Origin: Azospirillum sp. CAG:239
GTDB taxonomy: Bacteria; Bacillota_I; Bacilli_A; RFN20; CAG-449
Assembly (NCBI GenBank): GCA_963653535.1
Contig: CAVJWU010000004.1
Span: forward strand, 1 to 51,845
Length of the DNA stretch: 51,845 nucleotides
Direction: 5' to 3'
Under the pieces are notes generated by a model. That model did no database searches. It saw nothing but the letters and a program-made list of their open reading frames with translations, and had not been told where the DNA came from. The stretch's first letter is position 1; each line of letters begins with the position of its first letter. Position numbers and translations under genes: made by a program. Below, one piece after another: positions 23,531-33,174 of the stretch.

Positions 23531-26500
23531 ATGATGAATAATCTAAGAAATTATTTAATGGATAGATTAAATTATATTGAAGATAAATTAAATGAGATTA
23601 ATAAGAATGTCATTCTTGCTCGTATAAATAAATTCCTCTCGAAAGGAAATCGTAAGTTTGTCGCTTTATTATATCTTCTTAGTTTATGTATCTTCGGTTT
23701 TACATTATTTACTAATTATTTTACTATTCCTATCTCAGGTGATTTTAAACTTCAAGAAATACCATTTTATTATAATGGTTATGATGATTGGTGGACTGCT
23801 TTAACTACTGGCCACTTCCCTTTATGGGATGATAATACTTACCTAGGTGCGAATAATATCGGTTCAAATACTTTCTATTATTTATGGAACATCTTCTTCT
23901 TACCAGTTCTTCTTTTACCTAGATTTTTAGTTCCTCAAGGATTAGCTTTCTTAATTATGACGAAGTTTGTTCTTGCTGGCTTAGTAATGAAGAAATTACT
24001 TAATTATTTAGGCGTTAAAGAAGATTCTTCAAAGGTTGTTTCTATCGCTTACGCTTTCTCTGGTTGGGGATTATATTATTTATGGTTTAATCACTTCCTC
24101 GAAATTACTATTCTATTCCCTTTAGTTATTTATGGATTAGAAATATTATTTAAAGAAAAGAAGACAAGATATTTAATTGTTGCTTTATTTCTTTCGGCAA
24201 TCACTAACTATTTCTTCTTTATTATGACTTGCTTTTGCAGCGTAATCTATGCTGTATTTAGATATTTCCAATTATGGAGAAGTTATACAGGTAAAGAAAG
24301 AGGATTAATCTTAGGCTTAGGCCTTGCTAGTTACGTAACTGCGATGTGTTTAGCGGCTTTAATTTTATTTCCTGCTTTCCATGTTGCTTTACAATCTTCT
24401 CGAAGTGGAGGAAATTATTTAGATAGTTTATTAACGTTATATAAACAATTCTTTGAATATCTTAAATCAGGTCAAGGATCTCTTGCAAACGATACCTTAA
24501 AAGAGATTGTTACTAAAATGTTTACTTTCCAAGGAACATATGCGAATAAATATTATATGTATCCTGTGATTTCTTATTTATTCCCTCCAGTTTCTTGTTA
24601 TGATTCTACATTATTCGCTAATACAGGTTATGATAATACAAACTGTTCTTTATTCTTATATACTCCTTTAACATTAATGCTTATTCCTTCTTTAATTCAA
24701 TCGATTAAAGAAAAGAGAATTTCTCATATTATCGGTTTTATTGGAATAGTAGGATTAATCTTCTCACCTTTCTTCTATTATTTATTTACCGGCTTTACTT
24801 CAGTAATGTATGGTAGATGGCAACTATTTGTAGTTGTATGTATGGCTTTATATGTTGGCATATCATTAGATAAGATTAATGATATGAAGAGATGGTATTT
24901 TGATATCTCCGCGGTATGTATAATTGGTTTACAAATATTCATGTTTATTAAAGCACTTGAATATCAAGGAACAATGTCATCAAAAGTTCTTGATGAAAGA
25001 AAATATTACGCGATTATTACCATGATTTATACATTCTTAATGTATTTATATTTAAATTTAAGATGTAAAAATAGACGTTTTAAAAAAGGTTTAACTCTCG
25101 CGGTGGCTATTGAAGCAATTGTTGTTGGTAACGTCTTAGTTCAAGGCCAAGGGACTGTCGACTACGCTTCTTTATACGGAGGATATTCTTCTACTCAATC
25201 TGAAATAAGAATGATTAATGAGATTAAACAAAGAGATAATTCTTATTATCGAATTTATTCTTCTTCTGCCGATCGCGATGCGAATAACTTAGGTATGGTT
25301 GAATCTTATCGTGGACTAGGTGCTTTCCATTCAATTTATAATTATGAAACAACTGACTTTAATAACTGGTCTAGAATTGGCTATTCTCGTGATGGTTGGT
25401 CAATGGGAGCCCATGAAAAAAGAGCGAACCTTGATACTTTCTTAGGTGTAAAATATTATTTAGTTAATTCTAATGATTCACGTTTAAATCGTGGTTTAGG
25501 TAATATTATTACTAATAAGAATGGTTATTTCTATTATGGTAATATTAAAACTAATGTGGAAGCATTCTCGTATTCTTCTATTCCTAATAGTGATGAATAT
25601 ATTATCTATAGTATCGATGTAAAAGAAAATAATTCTAGTTATGATACTTATGTAGTTAAATTTATTTCTTCCTCTGGAGATATTAAATCATTTGATATCA
25701 CTTTAAGAGATGATGTTGATCGAAATAATATTTCTATCGGTATTGTAAATAATAAATGGGCATTTAATAATATTACCTTTGATATTAAAGCTTATGAAGG
25801 AATTTTATCTTCTTCAAGTAATTATGTTACTACTTTACAAAAACTTGACGAAGGTAATGCATATAATGTCATCTTTAATAACAATACTTCTATCCAAGTA
25901 ATTACCAAAAATTATGAAGATAAAAATGTACCTTTCGGTTATAAAGAAATTTCTCGTGATGATGATAACGTTCTTTATGAAAATGAAAACTTCGTTAATT
26001 TAGGCTTTGCATTTAATGATATTTATTATGAAAGTAATATTTCTACTACTGATAACTATACAACTGGAACTTATCGAGGTACAGTTATTGAAAATGAATA
26101 TGGTTATGTTCATGGGGCGATATTAAAGACTGCTGATATAGATGAAATTTGCGAAAAATATCCAAATACATTTAATAAATATGTTTTAATTAGTCAAAAT
26201 AGTAATTATCAAAATGATGTTACAGTCGTTAATGTTCCAAATGAAAATATTGATGTTTATGTCCAAAATTGGGACCACGAAAAAGGTATTACCTTAGATT
26301 ATGCTGATCCAGTTAAATATCCTGCAAGCGGAAAAACAATCTATTATAATTCATATATGGATGTTAATGTTAAAGATTTAGGTGTGGCTAGCGAAGCTTC
26401 CTCTCGCGGAGGAGCTTATGTCACAGTATGTGGAAGAATGGGTGAAAACCTAATGATAACTTTATATGGTGAAGATTCTGATGGTAACGAATATGAACTA

Positions 26501-27061
26501 GCTCGTGACATCCATATGACTCATAATTACGGAGGAAAATCTTACGATTGGAAAAATGATCGAGGATTTTATGTAACTGACCAAGTTACTAGAATTGTTG
26601 TAAGAGCTTATGATACGTTTGAAGCAGGAGCTAAATTTTCTAAACCTAATATTACATTCCAATATTACGATAGTTATAAAAATAATATCGATGCATTAAA
26701 AGAAAATGAACTTCAAGATGTAGTTATTGGTGTTAATGATGTGAGCTTTAAATCTAATTATGAGGGAACAAAAATCGTCGTCTTAACAATTCCTTATGAT
26801 GAAGGATGGTCTTTAGTTAGAACAGATGAAAGTGGCTCTAGTGAAGAAGTTAAAATTTATAAAGCACAAGGTGGTTTCCTCTCGTTTGTATCTCAAGAAG
26901 GCAATTATACATATAAATTAAGATATGTAACTCCAAAACTAACTAATGGTATGATTGGCTTTGGTATTGGTCTAACCTTCTTCAGCGCCCTTTATATTGG
27001 TATTGATGTAATTTACGCGGATAAAAAAGCAATAAAAAAGCAACTAAACTTTAGAGCTTAG
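23531..27061 (+). CDS. Very large YfhO-like polytopic membrane protein (GT-C-like glycosyltransferase fold), 1176 aa
   Basis: About 13 N-terminal TM helices (residues about 40-530), a large Asn/Tyr-rich extracytoplasmic domain, and one C-terminal TM (GMIGFGIGLTFFSALYIGIDVIY). This architecture is characteristic of the YfhO family. Confidence 0.55.
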   Translation: MMNNLRNYLMDRLNYIEDKLNEINKNVILARINKFLSKGNRKFVALLYLLSLCIFGFTLFTNYFTIPISGDFKLQEIPFYYNGYDDWWTALTTGHFPLWDDNTYLGANNIGSNTFYYLWNIFFLPVLLLPRFLVPQGLAFLIMTKFVLAGLVMKKLLNYLGVKEDSSKVVSIAYAFSGWGLYYLWFNHFLEITILFPLVIYGLEILFKEKKTRYLIVALFLSAITNYFFFIMTCFCSVIYAVFRYFQLWRSYTGKERGLILGLGLASYVTAMCLAALILFPAFHVALQSSRSGGNYLDSLLTLYKQFFEYLKSGQGSLANDTLKEIVTKMFTFQGTYANKYYMYPVISYLFPPVSCYDSTLFANTGYDNTNCSLFLYTPLTLMLIPSLIQSIKEKRISHIIGFIGIVGLIFSPFFYYLFTGFTSVMYGRWQLFVVVCMALYVGISLDKINDMKRWYFDISAVCIIGLQIFMFIKALEYQGTMSSKVLDERKYYAIITMIYTFLMYLYLNLRCKNRRFKKGLTLAVAIEAIVVGNVLVQGQGTVDYASLYGGYSSTQSEIRMINEIKQRDNSYYRIYSSSADRDANNLGMVESYRGLGAFHSIYNYETTDFNNWSRIGYSRDGWSMGAHEKRANLDTFLGVKYYLVNSNDSRLNRGLGNIITNKNGYFYYGNIKTNVEAFSYSSIPNSDEYIIYSIDVKENNSSYDTYVVKFISSSGDIKSFDITLRDDVDRNNISIGIVNNKWAFNNITFDIKAYEGILSSSSNYVTTLQKLDEGNAYNVIFNNNTSIQVITKNYEDKNVPFGYKEISRDDDNVLYENENFVNLGFAFNDIYYESNISTTDNYTTGTYRGTVIENEYGYVHGAILKTADIDEICEKYPNTFNKYVLISQNSNYQNDVTVVNVPNENIDVYVQNWDHEKGITLDYADPVKYPASGKTIYYNSYMDVNVKDLGVASEASSRGGAYVTVCGRMGENLMITLYGEDSDGNEYELARDIHMTHNYGGKSYDWKNDRGFYVTDQVTRIVVRAYDTFEAGAKFSKPNITFQYYDSYKNNIDALKENELQDVVIGVNDVSFKSNYEGTKIVVLTIPYDEGWSLVRTDESGSSEEVKIYKAQGGFLSFVSQEGNYTYKLRYVTPKLTNGMIGFGIGLTFFSALYIGIDVIYADKKAIKKQLNFRA

Positions 27062-27065
27062 TTGC
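27034..27065 (-). terminator. Terminator for rsmI embedded in the 3' end of the convergent yfhO-like gene
   Basis: GCAACTAA (27040-27047) pairs with TTAGTTGC (27058-27065). On the minus strand the hairpin is followed by a T-run (plus-strand AAAAAA at 27034-27039). Confidence 0.5.
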
Positions 27066-27896
27066 GATATCATAAACGATATTCTTTTTTAAGGAGTAGG
27101 CTTGGCTTACTCCTTTTATCGCGTCTTTTAAGGATTTTCCTTCTTCTAATTCTTGTTTTAAGAGGTTCTTAATATCTTCTTCAGTTAAAACTTTAACTTC
27201 TTTATTGCCAGAAACAACAATGACCATTTCGCCTTTTAAGGTTGTTTCATCGATGTTAATTAGTTCATCTAAAGTTCCACGAATATATTCTTCATGTAAT
27301 TTAGTTATTTCACGAGCGATTGAAGCTTCTCTTTTACCTAGTACTAAAAATAAATCATTTAAAGTTTCTTTAATACGATGAGGTGATTCATAGAATATTA
27401 AAGTCATCGTAAGGGATTTTAATTCTTCTAATTCCTTTTTTCTTAAACTAGACTTTGCATTTAAAAAGCCATGGAAATAGAAATGTGTAGTATCTAGCCC
27501 TGAACCTACTAAAGCAGGAATAAATGCATTAGCCCCATTAACAATGGAAACAGGTATATCATTTTCAATGCATTTTTTAACAAGTCGACTACCAGGATCA
27601 GATATTCCTGGATAACCAGCATCAGAAGTCATCGCGATAGAATGACCTTCTTTAATTAAAGAAACAATTTTCTCACTCGCTTCATTTTCGTTATGCTCAT
27701 GACACGCGATAGAAGGCTTATTAATGCCATATAAACGAAGTAAATTCGCGGTCGTTCTTGTATCTTCTGAAGCGATATAACTAACTGAAGAAAGCACTTC
27801 TAGAGCTCTTGAGGAGATTTCTTTTGTATTACCAATTGGTGTTGCGACTAAATATAAAATAGGCTCGTTATTTTCAAAAGACTTAGTTCTTTTCAT
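27051..27896 (-). CDS. rsmI: 16S rRNA (cytidine1402-2'-O)-methyltransferase RsmI
   Basis: LYLVATPIGNTKEISSRALEVL, SDAGYPGISDPG and YESPHRIKETL motifs. Bacillus-like position after ricT. Confidence 0.9.
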   Translation of the reverse strand: MKRTKSFENNEPILYLVATPIGNTKEISSRALEVLSSVSYIASEDTRTTANLLRLYGINKPSIACHEHNENEASEKIVSLIKEGHSIAMTSDAGYPGISDPGSRLVKKCIENDIPVSIVNGANAFIPALVGSGLDTTHFYFHGFLNAKSSLRKKELEELKSLTMTLIFYESPHRIKETLNDLFLVLGKREASIAREITKLHEEYIRGTLDELINIDETTLKGEMVIVVSGNKEVKVLTEEDIKNLLKQELEEGKSLKDAIKGVSQAYSLKKNIVYDIATKL

Positions 27897-28812
27897 CTTT
27901 CTTATCTCCTGAATTTACATTATTATTAGGTTTCTTATTATTAGGCTTTTTATTTTGGTGATTATATTGTTGATTTACGTATTGCGCGTTAGTATTTTCA
28001 TTACGTGGTAAAATCGAATCTTTAATTTCTTCATAATCAACAAAACAAACATTTTCTCTATTTTCAAGACGAATGGATTTAGTGATGACATTCATTGAAG
28101 TGATTTTATAAATTCCATCATTGTATTTAACTTTATCGCCGACACGAGGAAGAGATTTTTGTAAATCAAGATAAGCATCATTTTCATATTTTAAACAACA
28201 AATAAGTTTTCCGCAGTGGCCTGAAAGCTTAGGAATATTTAATGCGAGCATTTGGTTTTTCGCCATCGTTATAGAAATACCATCAAATTCATTTAAGAAT
28301 GTTGAACAACATAACTTAAGTCCGCAGATGCCGATACCACCGACCATCTTCGCTTTATCTCTAGTTCCGACTTGTTTTAATTCGATACGGCATTTTAATA
28401 ATGAAGCGAGATCTTTTAATAATTCACGGAAATCAACTCTATTTTCGGCGGTGTAATAAATAATAATTTTTTCGCCGTTTAACATGTATTCACATGTGAT
28501 GATTTTCATATCGAGATTAAGCTTATTTACACAAGCTTGAATGTCTTTTATATATTTTGCTGCTTTTTCTTTATTTAAATTAAAAGTAGTTAAATCTAAA
28601 GAAGTACCTCTTTTAACATATTTTGGGTATAAATCAATATTTTCGACTTCTTTTTCGACTGGATGATCTTTTACTCGACCTAGTTCAGTACCTCTTGAAG
28701 TTTCCACTATTACTAAATCATCTTCTTTAAGTGAAGGATCATCAGTAATAAAATACATATTTTTTTCTAAACCGAATACATAAATTTTAACTAATAATAT
28801 TTTGTTAGCCAT
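27883..28812 (-). CDS. ricT: PSP1-domain protein RicT/YaaT
   Basis: The Cys-rich core GICGLKLCCSTFL...GHCGKLICCLKYE is typical of YaaT/RicT. Synteny is holB-yaaT. The C-terminal tail is a low-complexity KKPNN repeat. Confidence 0.85.
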   Translation of the reverse strand: MANKILLVKIYVFGLEKNMYFITDDPSLKEDDLVIVETSRGTELGRVKDHPVEKEVENIDLYPKYVKRGTSLDLTTFNLNKEKAAKYIKDIQACVNKLNLDMKIITCEYMLNGEKIIIYYTAENRVDFRELLKDLASLLKCRIELKQVGTRDKAKMVGGIGICGLKLCCSTFLNEFDGISITMAKNQMLALNIPKLSGHCGKLICCLKYENDAYLDLQKSLPRVGDKVKYNDGIYKITSMNVITKSIRLENRENVCFVDYEEIKDSILPRNENTNAQYVNQQYNHQNKKPNNKKPNNNVNSGDKKDEKN

Positions 28813-28813
28813 G

Positions 28814-29812
28814 TTATTTTTCTCCTTCTAATATTTTAATAAAGATGTGTTCGAGAATTAATGGTTTATAGACATTTAAGTCTAATTTACTTCTTACTAA
28901 CATAATTTCTAGATAAATTTGTTCGACATCTTTAAATAAGTCTTTTATTTTTAATAATTCTTTTTCTTTTGATTTTAAAGTGATTTCTTTACCTAAGTTT
29001 AAATACATGATGTCTTTAAAAACGACGGATAGAAGATCAATAAATAATCTTACTTCTTCTTTTGTATCAAGATACATTTTTTTTGTTTTTGATAAATATA
29101 CTTGTTCTAATTCGAATAAGATTGATTTAGGATTATTCACTAAAGTATCAATTACATCAAGAATGACGCTTTTAACTTTTAAATAAGAATCATCGGTTGA
29201 TTCTTTAAGAATTGTTTCTTTATCTTTATAAACACACGTTAATAATTCTTTATCTATTTCTTCTAGAGAAGTATCTTTTAATTCATCCTTAATAAGAGAA
29301 CTATCAATTGGTAATAAAGTTAATACTTGAGCTCTAGAAATTATCGTAGGGAGAACTTTAGTATCATTTAAAGTAGTTAAGAAAGCGTAGACATTTGTAT
29401 TAGGTTCTTCTAACGTTTTTAAAAGAGCATTAACAACTTCATTAGAAAGATTTTCTACTAAGTTAATAATATAAATCTTAATCCCTTTTTTCTCAATTGA
29501 TGATTCACTTAAGAACTTTTGTAAATCTTCAATATCACTTACTTTAATAGTTCCTTTTGATGAATCTAAAACCTTAATATCAGTATAATTACCTTCATCA
29601 AAACGAATACAAGACATACAATTATCGCAGGCAAAATCTTCATTTTCATCGCAGATAAGTGATTTAGCAAGATATTTTGCGCATGCAAAAACTGGAGCCC
29701 CATCATCACCTTTTATAAGATAAGTTTGAGCTACCTTATTATTTCTTTTTGCGTTAATAAATGTATTACTAACTCTAGTTTGATATGAAAGTAAATATTC
29801 TTTAAAATTCAT
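28814..29812 (-). CDS. holB: DNA polymerase III delta-prime subunit
   Basis: Clamp-loader AAA+-like fold with a zinc module CDENEDFACDNCMSC and SRAQ (sensor) motifs. It follows tmk directly. Confidence 0.8.
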   Translation of the reverse strand: MNFKEYLLSYQTRVSNTFINAKRNNKVAQTYLIKGDDGAPVFACAKYLAKSLICDENEDFACDNCMSCIRFDEGNYTDIKVLDSSKGTIKVSDIEDLQKFLSESSIEKKGIKIYIINLVENLSNEVVNALLKTLEEPNTNVYAFLTTLNDTKVLPTIISRAQVLTLLPIDSSLIKDELKDTSLEEIDKELLTCVYKDKETILKESTDDSYLKVKSVILDVIDTLVNNPKSILFELEQVYLSKTKKMYLDTKEEVRLFIDLLSVVFKDIMYLNLGKEITLKSKEKELLKIKDLFKDVEQIYLEIMLVRSKLDLNVYKPLILEHIFIKILEGEK

Positions 29813-29813
29813 T

Positions 29814-30440
29814 TTATTTTTCTAGTCTTTCTTCTATGGCTTTGAGAGTTTGTTCTACCACTTCTTCTTTTGATTTACTCGCATCGATGATCACAAAACG
29901 TTCAGGATACATTTTTGCAAGTTTTAAATAACCTTCTCTAACTGCTTTATGGAAGGATAATTTTTCTAAGTCTAAACGGTTGACTTCTCTATTTTTATCG
30001 ACGTTAATTCGTTCAAGACCTATTTCAGGATCTAAATCAAATAATAAAGTTAAATCTGGAAAAGTATTTTCTGTCGCGTACATATTGATTTTTAAGATAT
30101 CTTCAATGCCAAGATTTCTCGCGAATCCTTGATAAGCAAGAGAAGAATCTAAATAACGATCACAGATAACAATTTTACCTTCTTTAACGCTAGGCCAAAT
30201 CTTTTCAACTAAGTGTTGTCTTCGGCTCGCAGCATAAAGTAAAGCTTCCGTACGTGGATCCATAGAAGTATTTTCTTTATTTAAAATTACTTCTCTAATT
30301 TGTTCAGAAATACTAGTTCCACCTGGTTCACGTGTCATAACAATTTCATGACCTTGTGACTGTAAAATTTCTTTTACTTTATTGATCGCAGAAGTTTTAC
30401 CTGAACCTTCAGGACCTTCAAGAGTAATAAATAGTGACAT
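29814..30440 (-). CDS. tmk: Thymidylate kinase
   Basis: P-loop FITLEGPEGSGKTS, the DRY motif (CDRYLDSSLAYQG), and a lid region. Confidence 0.95.
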   Translation of the reverse strand: MSLFITLEGPEGSGKTSAINKVKEILQSQGHEIVMTREPGGTSISEQIREVILNKENTSMDPRTEALLYAASRRQHLVEKIWPSVKEGKIVICDRYLDSSLAYQGFARNLGIEDILKINMYATENTFPDLTLLFDLDPEIGLERINVDKNREVNRLDLEKLSFHKAVREGYLKLAKMYPERFVIIDASKSKEEVVEQTLKAIEERLEK

Positions 30441-30441
30441 A

Positions 30442-31047
30442 TTAATCCTTTCTAATCACTTTTCTTCCTTCTAGAGCTTTTGTTAAAGTGAGTTCGTCAG
30501 CGTAATCAAGTTGAGAACCCATTGGTAAACCATAAGCTAGTCTAGAAATGGTTAAAGGATATTTTTCTAATAATTTTTCAATATATAATGCAGTTGTTTC
30601 TCCTTCTATAGTAGGAGAGGTAGCTAAAATTAGTTCTTTAATATTACCTTCTTCAACTCTTTTTAGTAATGAAGCGAAATTAATATCATCAATTCCTACT
30701 CCTTTAGTTGGAGAGATAGAACCATTTAAAACATGATATTTACCATGAAATGATTTTAATTTTTCAAACGCTAAAACGTCTTTAAAAAATGAAACGACAA
30801 CTAAAGTATCGTCATTTCTTGCTTCATCATCACATATTGGACAAATACCATCTTCTTTATAACATCCACATATTGGGCAAATAGAAATTCTTGTTTTAAC
30901 ATTTTCCATCGCAGAAATGAAAGAATCAATAGATTCTTCGTTCATATTAAGAATTTGATAAGCCATTCTTTCCGCGGATTTATATCCGACACCGGGAAGT
31001 TTTCGTAATGATTCAATTAAAGAAGTAATCGTTAATAATTCTTTCAT
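30442..31047 (-). CDS. recR: Recombination protein RecR
   Basis: LIESLRKLPGVGYKSAERMAY (HhH), a C4 zinc finger CPICGC...CPIC, and a Toprim domain. Confidence 0.95.
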   Translation of the reverse strand: MKELLTITSLIESLRKLPGVGYKSAERMAYQILNMNEESIDSFISAMENVKTRISICPICGCYKEDGICPICDDEARNDDTLVVVSFFKDVLAFEKLKSFHGKYHVLNGSISPTKGVGIDDINFASLLKRVEEGNIKELILATSPTIEGETTALYIEKLLEKYPLTISRLAYGLPMGSQLDYADELTLTKALEGRKVIRKD

Positions 31048-31049
31048 AA

Positions 31050-31352
31050 TTAGAATGGTAACTTCATACCTGAAGTCATAGCTTGTTGAATTTTAGCTTG
31101 TTCGTTATCAATCTTAGTAATTGCTTCATTAATCGCGATTTTAATCATATCTTGAAGCATTTCTTTTTCAGATGGATCAATTGCATCTTCATCGATTTCA
31201 ATCTTTTCTAAGAGGCGAGAACCATAGATAGAAACTTTAATTGCTCCTCCGTTAGAATCAAATTCGAAAAGAGTTTCTTCTAATTGTTTTTGTTTCTTTT
31301 CTAATTCTTTTTGCATCTTTTGTGCTTGAGCCATAATTTGGTTAATATTCAT
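31050..31352 (-). CDS. ybaB: Nucleoid-associated protein YbaB/EbfC
   Basis: Length of 100 aa, with MAQAQKMQKELEKKQ...; conserved dnaX-ybaB-recR synteny. Confidence 0.9.
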   Translation of the reverse strand: MNINQIMAQAQKMQKELEKKQKQLEETLFEFDSNGGAIKVSIYGSRLLEKIEIDEDAIDPSEKEMLQDMIKIAINEAITKIDNEQAKIQQAMTSGMKLPF

Positions 31353-31365
31353 GTTGTTAGTCTCC

Positions 31366-33096
31366 TTAAATTTTTGTTTTTCTAATTTCTAAATTTTCTT
31401 CATCGAAACTATATTCGACATTTACGATGGTAGGAAGTTTATTTGCTTGTTTTAAGTTAGTGAATTTAGTAATTCTAAGCGCACAATCTTGGCTTGTTAA
31501 AACTAAAATGACGTATTTATTACCGGTGATTAATTCAACTAATTTAGAAAAACCTTTTTGATTTTCTAAAATAGATATTTTAGTCGCGATATTCTTAAAT
31601 TTAGCCACTAAAACGAGAACATTTTTCGATAAGATACCTAATGTACATTCTTTTAAACACGCCGCATATTGACCAAGAGATTCAGAACTTAAATACAAAG
31701 ATAAATTGCTCCATAAGGTCTTAATACGTTCTTTTTCAATTCGATTACCTTGAAGCATGAAATTCAATGTTTCTTCTTCACTTAATACGTATTCTGTGCC
31801 TTCATCAACTAATGGATTAATTCCATTTGAAGAAACCTTTGGAGTAGGAATATCAAGGATTTCTAATTCTTGATGATGAGGTACTTCTTGTTTAATTTCT
31901 TCAATAATATTTGTTTTAGGTTCTTCTTTCTTAGGTAAAACTACTTGTGTAGTAGGATTAACTTCTTCTTTTTTAAGAACTTGAACTGGGACTTCTTTAA
32001 TAATTACTTTTTCTTCAACTTTCTTATTACATTCTGCTGAAATCTTTAATAAAGCAATTTCAATTAAAGAATTGATGTTAGAAACATAACGATATTGTGA
32101 ATAAGTTTCAAGTAAGATATTTAACATCTTTAAAACATTATCTTTAGAGATGTTTAAAGATTTAACTTGCGCTTCATTTAATGATTTTAAAATAGAGGTA
32201 TCTAATGTATTTTGATAAATTAAGATATCTTTACAAATATCAATTAAATCACTAGTTAAACGTTTAATATCAATGCCATGGCTTATAAAAGAATCTAACT
32301 TATCCATGAAACCTTTTACGTTTGATGAAGTTACTAAATTTAATAATTCTAGTTTTTCTTCAATAGAAGTTAAGCCATATAAATCTTGAACTTTATCTAA
32401 AGTTAATTCATTTCCTGAATAAGCGATTGCTTGATCTAACATCGATAGCGAATCTCTTACGCCTCCATCTGATAGACTTACGATGAGTTTTAAGGCGTCT
32501 TCACTCGCCAAAACTCCTTCTTTAGCAACAATCATCTTTAAGTTATTTAATAAATCTGTATCGGATACTTTACTGAAATCATATCTTTGAACACGAGATA
32601 AAATAGTAGGCATTAACTTATATGGTTCAGTTGTACAAAGAATAAATACGACATTTGCTGGTGGTTCTTCAAGTGTTTTAAGTAAAGCATTAAATGCTTC
32701 ATTAGTCATCATGTGAACTTCATCGATAATATATACTTTGTAACGGCCTAAAGTAGGCGCATATTTAACTTTAGAAATAAGGTCTCTAATATCATCAATG
32801 CCACGATTACTTGCCGCGTCTAATTCAATAACATCTGGATGAGAACCTTCCATTAAAGAAAGACAGTTCGCGCATTTATTACATTGATGGCCAAAACCTT
32901 CTTCACAGTTTAATGCTTTCGCAAATAATCGAGCCATAGAAGTTTTACCAGTACCTCTAGGACCACAGAAAAGATAAGCATGTGCAATTTTATTTTCTTT
33001 AATTGCGTTTTGTAATGTTTTTACGACATGTCCTTGACCTGCGACAGAGTCGAAAGTGTTAGGACGATATGTACGATATAAAGCTTTATAAGACAT
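31366..33096 (-). CDS. dnaX: DNA polymerase III subunits gamma/tau
   Basis: YRTYRPNTFDSVAGQGHV, Walker A GPRGTGKTS, zinc module CNKCANC, DEVHMMT and SRVQ. Confidence 0.95.
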   Translation of the reverse strand: MSYKALYRTYRPNTFDSVAGQGHVVKTLQNAIKENKIAHAYLFCGPRGTGKTSMARLFAKALNCEEGFGHQCNKCANCLSLMEGSHPDVIELDAASNRGIDDIRDLISKVKYAPTLGRYKVYIIDEVHMMTNEAFNALLKTLEEPPANVVFILCTTEPYKLMPTILSRVQRYDFSKVSDTDLLNNLKMIVAKEGVLASEDALKLIVSLSDGGVRDSLSMLDQAIAYSGNELTLDKVQDLYGLTSIEEKLELLNLVTSSNVKGFMDKLDSFISHGIDIKRLTSDLIDICKDILIYQNTLDTSILKSLNEAQVKSLNISKDNVLKMLNILLETYSQYRYVSNINSLIEIALLKISAECNKKVEEKVIIKEVPVQVLKKEEVNPTTQVVLPKKEEPKTNIIEEIKQEVPHHQELEILDIPTPKVSSNGINPLVDEGTEYVLSEEETLNFMLQGNRIEKERIKTLWSNLSLYLSSESLGQYAACLKECTLGILSKNVLVLVAKFKNIATKISILENQKGFSKLVELITGNKYVILVLTSQDCALRITKFTNLKQANKLPTIVNVEYSFDEENLEIRKTKI

Positions 33097-33118
33097 TTTT
33101 TAATCACCCAAAAAGATT

Positions 33119-33138
33119 ATACAACTTTTAAGTTGTAT
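33119..33138 (-). terminator. Weak hairpin terminator between the phosphodiesterase-like gene and dnaX
   Basis: ATACAAC-TTTTAA-GTTGTAT. On the minus strand it is followed by AATCTTTTT. Confidence 0.35.
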
Positions 33139-33174
33139 TTAAAATAAAAATGTCCTTAATGTAACGTATTGTTA

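Noticed and set aside
33097-33174. Expected SRP (4.5S/scRNA) gene upstream of dnaX.
   Set aside because: The spacer is only 78 bp and AT-rich, with a single small hairpin. There is no conserved SRP domain IV motif, so no call is made.
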